From a virus (Duplodnaviria; Heunggongvirae; Uroviricota; Caudoviricetes), in the IMG/VR virus record IMGVR_UViG_3300028886_000034, positions 220,120 to 284,119 of that record: 64,000 bases of DNA. One strand, written 5' to 3'. Below, one piece after another: positions 1 to 8,376 of the stretch (position 1 is the stretch's first letter; every line of letters begins with the position of its first letter). The position numbers and the translations under genes are program-made. The notes under the pieces are model-generated. The model searched no databases, had not been told where the DNA came from, and was given only the letters and a program-made list of their open reading frames with translations.

Positions 1-87
1 ACCAATTCGAAGAGTATCATTACCAAAATCATTCAACTTAAACATAATAAACAGCGACTTGTTACCGGTGTTAAAATACGTAAGCAT
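1..87 (-). CDS. hypothetical protein, 5' part only (runs off window)
   Basis: ATG at 87 with GGAG upstream; open frame MLTYFNTGNKSLF... to the window edge. Confidence 0.55.
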   Translation of the reverse strand, partial: MLTYFNTGNKSLFIMFKLNDFGNDTLRIG

Positions 88-99
88 CGTCTTACTCTC

Positions 100-519
100 C
101 TAACCAAAGTACTCTGCCTGCACTGATTCCATCAGTGAGTACATATGCTCTACAGAGTCAGGAGTATCACAGCAAAACATCCATCTGTGAACATATGCAC
201 TACCCTCTTTGCATATGCTGCACGATGCTCTTACTCTCGCGGGTGGATTAAGTCTTGTCTTCATTAAATGAATTGCTTTTGTGAGGTCATTAGCACAAGG
301 AATTGTAGTATCATTCCAACGCGCTTCAAAGTACTGTGTATCACAAGGATTAGGGATATAAGTGCCAAACTGAACTCTATCAACCTCATCCAAGTGTCTC
401 ACAGCACTACCTCCTACAAATTTCTTAAAACTTCTCTTCAACTTGTGTGTACCAGACTTGCCCAGTTTATCATAGGCCCACGCACCCGCTCCAACCAGTG
501 CCAGCAACTCCACCAACAT
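100..519 (-). CDS. hypothetical protein with N-terminal hydrophobic segment
   Basis: ORF 100..534; GGAGG at 532-528 favours ATG 519; MLVELLALVGAGAWAY hydrophobic N-terminus. Confidence 0.7.
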   Translation of the reverse strand: MLVELLALVGAGAWAYDKLGKSGTHKLKRSFKKFVGGSAVRHLDEVDRVQFGTYIPNPCDTQYFEARWNDTTIPCANDLTKAIHLMKTRLNPPARVRASCSICKEGSAYVHRWMFCCDTPDSVEHMYSLMESVQAEYFG

Positions 520-572
520 ACTGACTACCTCCACATAGAGATTGGATTTCTATATGGAATTTTGATAGATTT

Positions 573-1550
573 TTATATAGAATGTTCACTCTCAAGCATG
601 AAGCGTTTGACCTTATCGATTACTTCATACTTACTTGAAGCCGGTACAGAACTTATAGCTGATGCTTTCTGATGTCCGCCTCCGCCTAATTGCTCCGCGA
701 TTTTACTTACATCCAAATCATCGTACTTAGTCCTCAACGAAACATTTGCATCACCCGTTTTCTGCGTTAAGACATATATGACATTCTTGATATCAGGTCT
801 AACCTCATCGAAATACCAAGAGATCTCAAACATAGGAACATTATCTTCTGCATTCAACATAACAGTCGCTGTATCTTTAATGTAAGAAATTGAATGATTA
901 ATGGTATAATCAACTTTAGGTGTAGTTAACTTATAAAATGAATCTAAACATGATTGACACCATACAGGCATTCTATCATTTGTAATAGGGTCATTAATAC
1001 AATAATTTGTAAACCGTGATAATCTGTCAGCAAATTTTACATACTTTAAAGTAGGATCCTGAAATGCAATGTAATCATATATCCTCTGTAGGTCCTTGGC
1101 TATAGGGGATTGTTCAAAATGCCATGTATCATATGCTGATACTGCAGTAATGAAATCTTCATACTGTTTTAATTCAGGATAATCATCTTTAAATAATCTG
1201 TAAAATAACTTTGCTGCCGAAACATCTAAATCTATATCTACTTTAATTTTATCCTTAAATGAAGTAGCATTATTAGATGTTTCATGATGGTCAATAAGTC
1301 TTAAATTCATCCCTTTAACATCAGGTTCAATTTCATTCCAAATCAAATCTGATAAGGATATGTCTGCTAAGTAAATCCACTCAATATTAGGAATACTTCT
1401 AACTGCATTATGTACAACTTGAGATATATAATATTTACCTCTATTGTATGATGCATAGAATACCCACTGAAAATTAAGCAATTTACCTACTACCGCACAA
1501 CCTATCCCATCCAAATCATTATGTGTAACTAATACATTATTATAAAACAA
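573..1550 (-). CDS. DHH/DHHA1-family phosphoesterase (oligoribonuclease NrnA/NrnB-like)
   Basis: Motifs THNDLDG, ADIS, IDHHET, VSLRT and LGGGGHQKASA. Confidence 0.9.
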   Translation of the reverse strand: MFYNNVLVTHNDLDGIGCAVVGKLLNFQWVFYASYNRGKYYISQVVHNAVRSIPNIEWIYLADISLSDLIWNEIEPDVKGMNLRLIDHHETSNNATSFKDKIKVDIDLDVSAAKLFYRLFKDDYPELKQYEDFITAVSAYDTWHFEQSPIAKDLQRIYDYIAFQDPTLKYVKFADRLSRFTNYCINDPITNDRMPVWCQSCLDSFYKLTTPKVDYTINHSISYIKDTATVMLNAEDNVPMFEISWYFDEVRPDIKNVIYVLTQKTGDANVSLRTKYDDLDVSKIAEQLGGGGHQKASAISSVPASSKYEVIDKVKRFMLESEHSI

Positions 1551-1571
1551 TATTGATAACCTACTTTCTAA

Positions 1572-1633
1572 TAAGGAATCCTATCAACATATAACTATAG
1601 CATAGTAACTAAGATATGTCAATAGGATTCCTT
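1572..1633 (-). terminator. long stem-loop downstream of the DUF932-like gene, overlapping the promoter
   Basis: 21-bp arms TAAGGAATCCTATTGACATAT / ATATGTTGATAGGATTCCTTA, fully paired with two G-U wobbles in minus-strand RNA. Confidence 0.6.
1594..1622 (-). promoter_or_regulatory. sigma70/SigA-type promoter for the DHH gene
   Basis: TTGACA-17 nt-TATAGT with TG extension (TGCTATAGT). Confidence 0.7.
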
Positions 1634-1646
1634 ACTTTATTTTAGA

Positions 1647-2795
1647 TTACCAACCAGCCAAGAGATTATTACTATTATCCTCTTCTACAACTACTGGAGT
1701 TTCCTGCTTGGGTTCCTGTTTGGGTTCTTCTTTTGGCGCTTCAGGTTTAATAATTGTAGGAGTTTCTACAACCTTAGTTTCTGGTTGGCTCTCTGCTACA
1801 ATTTGTTCAGGAAGTTTTACATGATAGTTAGTATCAACCTCATTTCTTTCCAGAGCCAAATAAGTTTTGGACTTTCTGGTGTACTTAAGGTTGATTTCAC
1901 CAGCATCATTATAATCAAACTTTGCAATCTTTGTGATAGACTTAATGGCAAACTCCGGATTTTCATTGTAGAAGTCATCAAAGATAAAAAGCTGATTCAT
2001 AGGACCAATACTAAGTTTCTGAGTCTTATAGAATTTGCCGATAGTTCCAAGATTCAAGTTGTATTTGCAGAAATGTTTATAGAACTCAAATCTGGAACAC
2101 CCAGTATCAAAGATTCCTTTCTCTTCAAGATACTTGGCAAATCCAGCACTAATACCTCTACACAGCAGTTTAATTCTTTTTCCAGATACCTGCTGCTTAT
2201 CCCAATCATTCCACAGTTCAACTGTGTTCTTGATAGTATTGGGAATATACTCTACAAGACCACCAAACTCTGAATGAATCTTATCTTTAACCTTATTTCC
2301 TTTGTGTGCTACAAACACTGAATTAGCTACTTTGGATTCTTTCTTAAATCCAAATCCAAAGATAGTGTTCTCTTCATTAATGAAGACCACATTGATTGAT
2401 GCGTTTTCTTTACCATTGTAACTATTCTTGCACTCAATCACGGCTTTAATTTTAGTATTGTTACCAATGTTGTACTCTTGATTATCCAAAATGCTATAAT
2501 ACAGCATGGTAGAACCTTCAGACGGAAGGTCAAGTCTTGCAGAACTTACATCATAATCAAGTTCTTTAATGAGCCTATCTGCATATTCTTTAACTACTTT
2601 ATGCTCGATAATCTTATATCTTTCTGAGCATACACCAAGGAGTACATTAGTATCATTTCTAACTACGCCTTTTACTTTGTTTTTACCTTCAGCAAGTGCC
2701 TCAGAATAAGATACATTACCGTACTTATCCTGAACAGGGAAATACAGCATTCGAGTTTCTACAGGAAACTCATGGGCGTTACCAACATCAATCAT
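1647..2795 (-). CDS. DUF932-like phage protein with Pro/Glu-rich C-terminal tail
   Basis: VVRNDTNVLLGVCSERYKIIEH and KNSYNG match the DUF932 pattern. Confidence 0.65.
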   Translation of the reverse strand: MIDVGNAHEFPVETRMLYFPVQDKYGNVSYSEALAEGKNKVKGVVRNDTNVLLGVCSERYKIIEHKVVKEYADRLIKELDYDVSSARLDLPSEGSTMLYYSILDNQEYNIGNNTKIKAVIECKNSYNGKENASINVVFINEENTIFGFGFKKESKVANSVFVAHKGNKVKDKIHSEFGGLVEYIPNTIKNTVELWNDWDKQQVSGKRIKLLCRGISAGFAKYLEEKGIFDTGCSRFEFYKHFCKYNLNLGTIGKFYKTQKLSIGPMNQLFIFDDFYNENPEFAIKSITKIAKFDYNDAGEINLKYTRKSKTYLALERNEVDTNYHVKLPEQIVAESQPETKVVETPTIIKPEAPKEEPKQEPKQETPVVVEEDNSNNLLAGW

Positions 2796-2888
2796 AGTAT
2801 ACCTTTCCTTTCTTATCTTACTTACTCACGTAAACTTACTGACAGACTATATAAAAAGTTAAATAAATACAATCAATTGAACCACCCC

Positions 2889-3404
2889 CTAAAAGTGATA
2901 ATCATAAATCTTATAGATAGTTACTGTTAAGCTATCTAATTTTTCATAAATCATCTTATTGACTAATGACCTAAAGAATTCACTTTCCCCTTCAAGGTAA
3001 AAACTCCAAGTTGAAAGATATTTAGGATGGTCATCATCAATAAGACATTTAAGATTATAAAAATTTCTTACAAAAGTATCAATAGAATTATTCTCTTCTA
3101 GATACTTATACACATCATCTATCTTTCTGTTCCAGTAATTCTTTAGATTATCTAATGTAAATGTTATTGAATTATTCACATTATCTACATTTAACTTATC
3201 ACAAAATTCATTTGATAACCTAGTATGCAAATATTCAAATTGTTTTTCAGATTGATCATCATCAAGTTCATCAATATAATCTAATCCATTTCTTTGACGA
3301 GTTTCATCTGTATCTACATCTGCTATAAGAAGGTCTAAATCCTCAATGGTATCTTTATCGAATTTTACAACATACAACTTACTATGCATCGCTATCTTCT
3401 CCAA
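2889..3404 (-). CDS. hypothetical protein
   Basis: 171-aa ORF, tightly packed in operon. Confidence 0.75.
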   Translation of the reverse strand: MEKIAMHSKLYVVKFDKDTIEDLDLLIADVDTDETRQRNGLDYIDELDDDQSEKQFEYLHTRLSNEFCDKLNVDNVNNSITFTLDNLKNYWNRKIDDVYKYLEENNSIDTFVRNFYNLKCLIDDDHPKYLSTWSFYLEGESEFFRSLVNKMIYEKLDSLTVTIYKIYDYHF

Positions 3405-3853
3405 TCTTTAATAAGCTCAAGATAATCATCCAGGTCCCACTCTTTCATAATTTCAAGAACTTCTTTTTTAGCTTTTTCTAATTCAAGAACTTCGTTATAT
3501 GCTGTAAAATACTTACGTCTAATTTCGTTAAAAGAATTTTTATCCTTAACAATACTATCCCACAAATAATATTTACAATTCAATTCATCATTCAAAATTT
3601 TAACTTGATAAACCAACTCTGTATCATTAACACAATATTCAATTGCATATACTTTACCCTGGTTCAAAAATTCATTTGCATATATACATCCAAGGAGTAC
3701 GGCAGTACCGTTTTTATAAGTATTAAATAGCATATCTAATGATGTATAAGTTTTAACTTTAACATCGTTTGGAAGATACTTTTCAATACATTCTAATGAC
3801 AAAGTATCAAATTGTTTTTTATAGTGATCTAACTCTCTAGTTTCATAACTCAT
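3392..3853 (-). CDS. hypothetical protein
   Basis: 153-aa ORF with GGAGG upstream. Confidence 0.75.
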   Translation of the reverse strand: MSYETRELDHYKKQFDTLSLECIEKYLPNDVKVKTYTSLDMLFNTYKNGTAVLLGCIYANEFLNQGKVYAIEYCVNDTELVYQVKILNDELNCKYYLWDSIVKDKNSFNEIRRKYFTAYNEVLELEKAKKEVLEIMKEWDLDDYLELIKDWRR

Positions 3854-3858
3854 AGTTC

Positions 3859-4074
3859 TTATTCCTCCTCTCCAAGATTACAAATATTTTCATCCAGAAT
3901 CTCAATACCTTCATTCCTAATCATAGCTTCAGTAACACAATTATCGATTAGAAACATCTTCGCTGAAAGTACTGTTTCGAATTTCATAACTTTATCGTTA
4001 TCATCCAAAACATACTCCCTACCATTAATACTAATTCCTTCAATAGGCCTTCCAATTACATACATGATATACAC
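3859..4074 (-). CDS. small hypothetical phage protein
   Basis: GGAGG SD; GREYVLDDNDKVMKFE motif shared with neighbours. Confidence 0.75.
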   Translation of the reverse strand: MYIMYVIGRPIEGISINGREYVLDDNDKVMKFETVLSAKMFLIDNCVTEAMIRNEGIEILDENICNLGEEE

Positions 4075-4085
4075 CCTCCCTTAAA

Positions 4086-4529
4086 TTAATGAATCCAATA
4101 AACCACTTTACCGGTAGTATCATAAACGGGATACTTCTTCCATTCATAATACGGAACGGTCTTACAAAATCTAACTTCAACAAGTACCACAGGCTTTCCT
4201 CTAACTACAATGTTCTCCTCATAAATATAATGAAGAGGCTGTTCTTTAAAAGGAAGCCACACACTACGTTTTTGCACCTTATTTTTGGTAGCACTTTCAT
4301 TAAGTTTGGGAACCTCAGTTTCATTGTAATTGATTGAATCTAGGATTTCCTTAGGGCTCTTAGTATACACGACATTCTCATTATCCAAATCCAATTCTTC
4401 GCAAGTTTTAGTAAATTTTTTTCCATTCTTTCCAATCAGGTTTGTAGTAATAGTACGAACTTTTTTCTTAGCCCACACACCATAGGGAAGATGGTAATAA
4501 CGCATCACGCCAATAAGTTTTTTAGTCAT
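4086..4529 (-). CDS. hypothetical protein
   Basis: AAGGAG SD, 147 aa. Confidence 0.75.
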   Translation of the reverse strand: MTKKLIGVMRYYHLPYGVWAKKKVRTITTNLIGKNGKKFTKTCEELDLDNENVVYTKSPKEILDSINYNETEVPKLNESATKNKVQKRSVWLPFKEQPLHYIYEENIVVRGKPVVLVEVRFCKTVPYYEWKKYPVYDTTGKVVYWIH

Positions 4530-4545
4530 ATGTTTTATCTCCTTT

Positions 4546-5322
4546 TTATTTTATTTCACTAAGTTGTTTTGGATTAAAATATGGATATGATTCCCATATA
4601 TCAGCATCCACATTTCGATAAAATTTTGCTTCATATACTACTCGTTTACAATCATATTTAAAATCAATTAAATCTACTTTTGTAACGAAATATAACGCTT
4701 GTCTTGGAAGTACAGTTATATCCAGATAACCGCATCTTTCTATTTCAAACCTAAAATTTTTAAGTCTGTACAATCTACCTCGGCTATATTTTATACTTAA
4801 TTCACACACTCTATGGCGAGCGTCAATCTCTGTGTTAAAATACTCGATTAATTCTAGTTTTTTAAGCTCCTTATCTTTACGTTTAAATACGTGAAAAAAC
4901 GTTAATTTATACCAATGTGCATAATGTTCAGAACTTCTTATATATGGCTTACGACTAATTCTAAATATACCCATATCAGTTTTATATTCATTAAACTGAT
5001 ACTGTGGTGGGTCTTCATAATATAAGGGCATTGTCACCAAATGTTCTGTTGATTTACTTAGATTATTTGCATTTCTGCACAGTTCATCAACCTCCTCTCT
5101 AGTAAAAATTTCTTCTGAGCCTATTTCAACAAAATTATAATCAAACTCATTCATTCCCATTTTCTTTAAAAAATATTTAGCATCATGTACACTTCTAAAT
5201 CTATATATCTTTCCATAGCTATTTCTCAAAACTTTTAAATGAAATGCTCTACTAATTGCAATCATGTTTCTAACCTCCACAAACATATCCTTTAGATAAT
5301 AAAAATTGAGGATAATCCACAT
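4546..5322 (-). CDS. hypothetical protein
   Basis: 258-aa ORF; start may be the internal MIAISR (GGAGG upstream). Confidence 0.7.
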   Translation of the reverse strand: MWIILNFYYLKDMFVEVRNMIAISRAFHLKVLRNSYGKIYRFRSVHDAKYFLKKMGMNEFDYNFVEIGSEEIFTREEVDELCRNANNLSKSTEHLVTMPLYYEDPPQYQFNEYKTDMGIFRISRKPYIRSSEHYAHWYKLTFFHVFKRKDKELKKLELIEYFNTEIDARHRVCELSIKYSRGRLYRLKNFRFEIERCGYLDITVLPRQALYFVTKVDLIDFKYDCKRVVYEAKFYRNVDADIWESYPYFNPKQLSEIK

Positions 5323-5349
5323 TGGACTATCCTCATTAACATCTAAAAC

Positions 5350-5745
5350 TTAGTTCTTCAAAAATACCGCAAACTTCACCTTTGCTTCTTCTTTCGTTTT
5401 ACAATCGTCTGGTGCTGGAAGACCAAAATCATTCCAGAAGTCTACTGTCTCCCAATCGATAAGGTTTGTGTAAACAATTTTTCCAGATTTCTGCTTCTTA
5501 TCTTTATCCGGCTCATCCAAGTCGTAGCACACTGGATAGAGCTCTTCGCTACTTCCAACCAATACCTCCCAATCCATATACTGCCACCCATGAGCGGAAG
5601 GTACTACACCAAATTCTTTATGATACCACATTACCGCATCGTCAGTATCTCCTTCTACCTTAACCACTCGTCCATTCTTGTCGCACAGTACAAAATCTCG
5701 ACCCTCAACATTTTTGGTAAATACATTTGCTTTCATTATGTACAT
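5350..5745 (-). CDS. hypothetical protein
   Basis: GGAGG SD; 131 aa. Confidence 0.75.
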   Translation of the reverse strand: MYIMKANVFTKNVEGRDFVLCDKNGRVVKVEGDTDDAVMWYHKEFGVVPSAHGWQYMDWEVLVGSSEELYPVCYDLDEPDKDKKQKSGKIVYTNLIDWETVDFWNDFGLPAPDDCKTKEEAKVKFAVFLKN

Positions 5746-5816
5746 TTACCTCCTAACAAAAATTGTACTTCAGAAACCTTCTTAAAATGACTGAAGATCT
5801 GAGGTACAATAATATA

Positions 5817-5829
5817 ATATATATACAAA
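5817..5829 (-). promoter_or_regulatory. candidate phage promoter motif TTTGTATATATAT
   Basis: One of six intergenic same-strand copies; followed by a leader hairpin at 5762-5810. Confidence 0.5.
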
Positions 5830-5836
5830 TTTTGAC

Positions 5837-6433
5837 TTAGAATCTAGTTAATTCATTATATTCCCTCCAGAACTGACTATCTTCTACTTTAATTCTATGA
5901 CTCCGATTTAAACCTTGAGTAATCTTAAGAAGTTTATCTCTTCTTACTTCTCTATACTTATCCTGTATCTGTCTTTTAAATACTTCCCATTTAGGTACTA
6001 CATCAAACTCCATATAGAAATCTGGAAATGCTTGTGTACCTCTATTACAATCATTATCTAATGTAAAAGTAATCTTTTCATTAATAACTCCATCAATAAC
6101 TTTATCATAGTGTGCTTCCAATACCCAATCCTGAAGATAAATATACTTCAGCATTGTAATAGTTCCTAAAATGATATACCTCAATACATCATTATCTTTA
6201 TACTTACCTTCAAAGTAAAGTGTATTATCTTCACACTTATTATTGATGTCATATACCCCAAAACCTTTTTGCATAGACCAGTATAATTGGAAATCTACTT
6301 TAAGTTTAGGCAAACACTTTTGACCTGGCTTAAGTTGGTCAATCCATTTCTCATCATAGTTCCATTTATTATACTTGTTCTTATCAACTGTTCTAAACTT
6401 TTGATATAAAGATACATTAGGCATTATTACCAA
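5837..6433 (-). CDS. hypothetical protein
   Basis: 198-aa ORF overlapping the upstream stop. Confidence 0.75.
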   Translation of the reverse strand: MVIMPNVSLYQKFRTVDKNKYNKWNYDEKWIDQLKPGQKCLPKLKVDFQLYWSMQKGFGVYDINNKCEDNTLYFEGKYKDNDVLRYIILGTITMLKYIYLQDWVLEAHYDKVIDGVINEKITFTLDNDCNRGTQAFPDFYMEFDVVPKWEVFKRQIQDKYREVRRDKLLKITQGLNRSHRIKVEDSQFWREYNELTRF

Positions 6434-7001
6434 TCACCTCATCAATCAACTTACTAACATCTGATCTTTTCATCATTGGTGTAAAAAATTTATTGATCTT
6501 ATGAACTAAATCAAAAGTATAGTCTTTCTTACCAGTTTTAAGAATATCATTTGAAATACTCTTAAATGCTAATCTAGTTTGAATAATAACATCTTGCTCT
6601 CTACTATATCCTGACTCAATACATACCATAATTCTATGATAATAATCGTTAGGAAACTTTTGTTGCATCCTTACAATATTTCTTCCAAGTTCATACATGC
6701 AAATTGGTTGAACTGATTCTGAATTACAAAAATGCATCAAAAAGAAATCACATTTTTCAATCCAGTTAAATTCCCATTTAATTTGATCGAAAGAAGCATT
6801 AGGATCATGAATAGGAAAATTTTCTCTCCTAGGGTTAAACAATACTACATTATCAAACACTTCAGGAAGACTATACTGATTCAAAATATCAATCATCTCT
6901 TTTTGCCAATCTCTACACTTTGTAATTCCACCAGCCATAAATACCTTAATATCATCAGGCTTAACTACATAATCTTCAATTGCAGTGATAACTTTCATCA
7001 A
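6417..7001 (-). CDS. nucleoside 2-deoxyribosyltransferase-like protein
   Basis: VFMAGGI..DWQ, FNPRR, QIKWE...CD and PICMYELG motifs. Confidence 0.8.
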   Translation of the reverse strand: MMKVITAIEDYVVKPDDIKVFMAGGITKCRDWQKEMIDILNQYSLPEVFDNVVLFNPRRENFPIHDPNASFDQIKWEFNWIEKCDFFLMHFCNSESVQPICMYELGRNIVRMQQKFPNDYYHRIMVCIESGYSREQDVIIQTRLAFKSISNDILKTGKKDYTFDLVHKINKFFTPMMKRSDVSKLIDEVIGNNA

Positions 7002-7016
7002 AAAATCCTCCTTGTA

Positions 7017-7172
7017 TTATAAAATTACAGTTTTACAATCTTTATCAATATCTAAATAAAGTTCTTCATCTTTACCATAATATTCTCCACCAGCATCTCG
7101 ATACTTTACTTCTACTTTATAGTCCAATACCTTATGCTCTTTAGCCCAATCATACAATTCTTGAATAGTCAT
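7017..7172 (-). CDS. small protein (51 aa), paralog of 7188..7370; not in ORF track
   Basis: Translated by hand: MTIQELYDWAKEHKVLDYKVEVKYRDAGG...KTVIL*; GAAGGTG upstream. Confidence 0.75.
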   Translation of the reverse strand: MTIQELYDWAKEHKVLDYKVEVKYRDAGGEYYGKDEELYLDIDKDCKTVIL

Positions 7173-7187
7173 TTATAACACCTTCAT

Positions 7188-7370
7188 TTAAATAGTTACA
7201 ACATGCTCAGTTAGCATATAAATATGTTCAGATGGTCTTGAAGTAATTACAGGGTTATAGGCAGGTCTAATTATATTATCATATTTATAGTTTAGTTCCC
7301 TAATAGCAATGTCATAGTCTAAAACCCCATGCTCTTTTCCAAATTTATATAATTCTTGTATAGTCATCAT
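7188..7370 (-). CDS. small protein, MTIQELY family
   Basis: GGAGG SD; N-terminus similar to 7017..7172. Confidence 0.75.
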   Translation of the reverse strand: MMTIQELYKFGKEHGVLDYDIAIRELNYKYDNIIRPAYNPVITSRPSEHIYMLTEHVVTI

Positions 7371-7400
7371 TTTACCTCCATAAAAATTTTATTCAATAGA

Positions 7401-7429
7401 AGTATAGCAAAACCAAAAAGAAAAGTCAA
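7401..7429 (-). promoter_or_regulatory. sigma70/SigA-type promoter
   Basis: TTGACT-17 nt-TATACT with TG extension. Confidence 0.7.
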
Positions 7430-7438
7430 GACCGAACT

Positions 7439-7470
7439 AAAAGAAAACCTTGCACTTTTTAGTGTAGGTT
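7439..7470 (-). terminator. intrinsic terminator
   Basis: AACCTACACT-AAAA-AGTGCAAGGTT hairpin followed by TTCTTTT. Confidence 0.55.
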
Positions 7471-7510
7471 ATTGACACATCACTGCGCCAATTTTACTTC
7501 TTTCTTCTTA

Positions 7511-7678
7511 TTATTTTGTTTCAATGACTCTAAGAAGATAGGCAATCGCTTTCCACTGCTGGCATACCATCGCGATTTTTTCTTTGGCCACCTGATATGT
7601 GGCCCCCATAACGACTACGTTCAGGAGCTTTCGCTCCTGATAATCGCGGAGCTCCCATTCCCATTTTACCTTTGTCAT
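7511..7678 (-). CDS. small protein (55 aa), GC-richer than flanks; not in ORF track
   Basis: Translated by hand: MTKVKWEWELRDYQERKLLNVVVMGATYQVAKEKIAMVCQQWKAIAYLLRVIETK*; AAGGAGG SD. Confidence 0.7.
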   Translation of the reverse strand: MTKVKWEWELRDYQERKLLNVVVMGATYQVAKEKIAMVCQQWKAIAYLLRVIETK

Positions 7679-7801
7679 CCTAATCCCTCCTTGGGAAAGC
7701 CTCGGAACTGCTATTAAGTATACCGAGGTGATGACACTTTGCTGAGGCGGTTTAAGATATGAACCTATACTTAGTTCAATATCTCCTCAGTCACTGCCTA
7801 T

Positions 7802-7814
7802 ATATACATACAAA
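7802..7814 (-). promoter_or_regulatory. candidate phage promoter motif TTTGTATGTATAT
   Basis: Copy of the recurrent intergenic motif. Confidence 0.5.
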
Positions 7815-7893
7815 TGAAAAATGATTCTAGAAGTCATAGTTCTTTATAATAAATTTGAACAAATAAGGAACATAAACACTTAGCCAAAAGGAG

Positions 7894-8358
7894 ATGAGAT
7901 TCTATTCAATGGCTACTTATAAAAAAACAGAAGAATCATTAGCTAAGGCTATTAAGGACTATATTATACCTAGTACTACAGGTAATGATGGAAAGGTATT
8001 AACTACTGTAGATGGTAAAACTATATCTTGGGAAAATGTAGATTCTTTTCCAGCACAATCAGAAGCAACTAAAAATAAAGTTTTAGTTAGTACAGGATCC
8101 AATGGAGTTGCTTGGAAATCTATTAAGATGGAAAGTTTTCTTTTTTATGGTTCTGAAGATATAGATGGAACTACAATAGATACTACTGACCATAATATAG
8201 AAGATTTTATTGAGATGACAATATTTAAGGATGGTTTAAGATTGAATGAAGGTATTGATAATGATTATACTTATGATAGTCTTACTAAAGTAATTACCTT
8301 TACAACACCATTCTTAGAATCTGATATTTTTGTTATAAATTACTTAACCTTTAACTAA
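7894..8358 (+). CDS. virion structural protein (tail fibre-associated)
   Basis: PS..GNDGKVL...G...W repeats and FKDGLRL..G..NDY.Y....ITF domain shared with the fibre proteins. Confidence 0.7.
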   Translation: MRFYSMATYKKTEESLAKAIKDYIIPSTTGNDGKVLTTVDGKTISWENVDSFPAQSEATKNKVLVSTGSNGVAWKSIKMESFLFYGSEDIDGTTIDTTDHNIEDFIEMTIFKDGLRLNEGIDNDYTYDSLTKVITFTTPFLESDIFVINYLTFN

Positions 8359-8376
8359 TATAGGAGGTGGTGTATT

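Noticed and set aside
7472-7717. Plus-strand 81-aa ORF from the track
   Set aside because: No SD; the minus strand holds a 55-aa ORF with AAGGAGG SD, promoter motif and terminator.
7690-7800. tRNA gene in the GC-richer hairpin region
   Set aside because: No cloverleaf, T-loop GTTCRA context or acceptor stem could be built; no tRNA or rRNA recognised anywhere in the window by eye.
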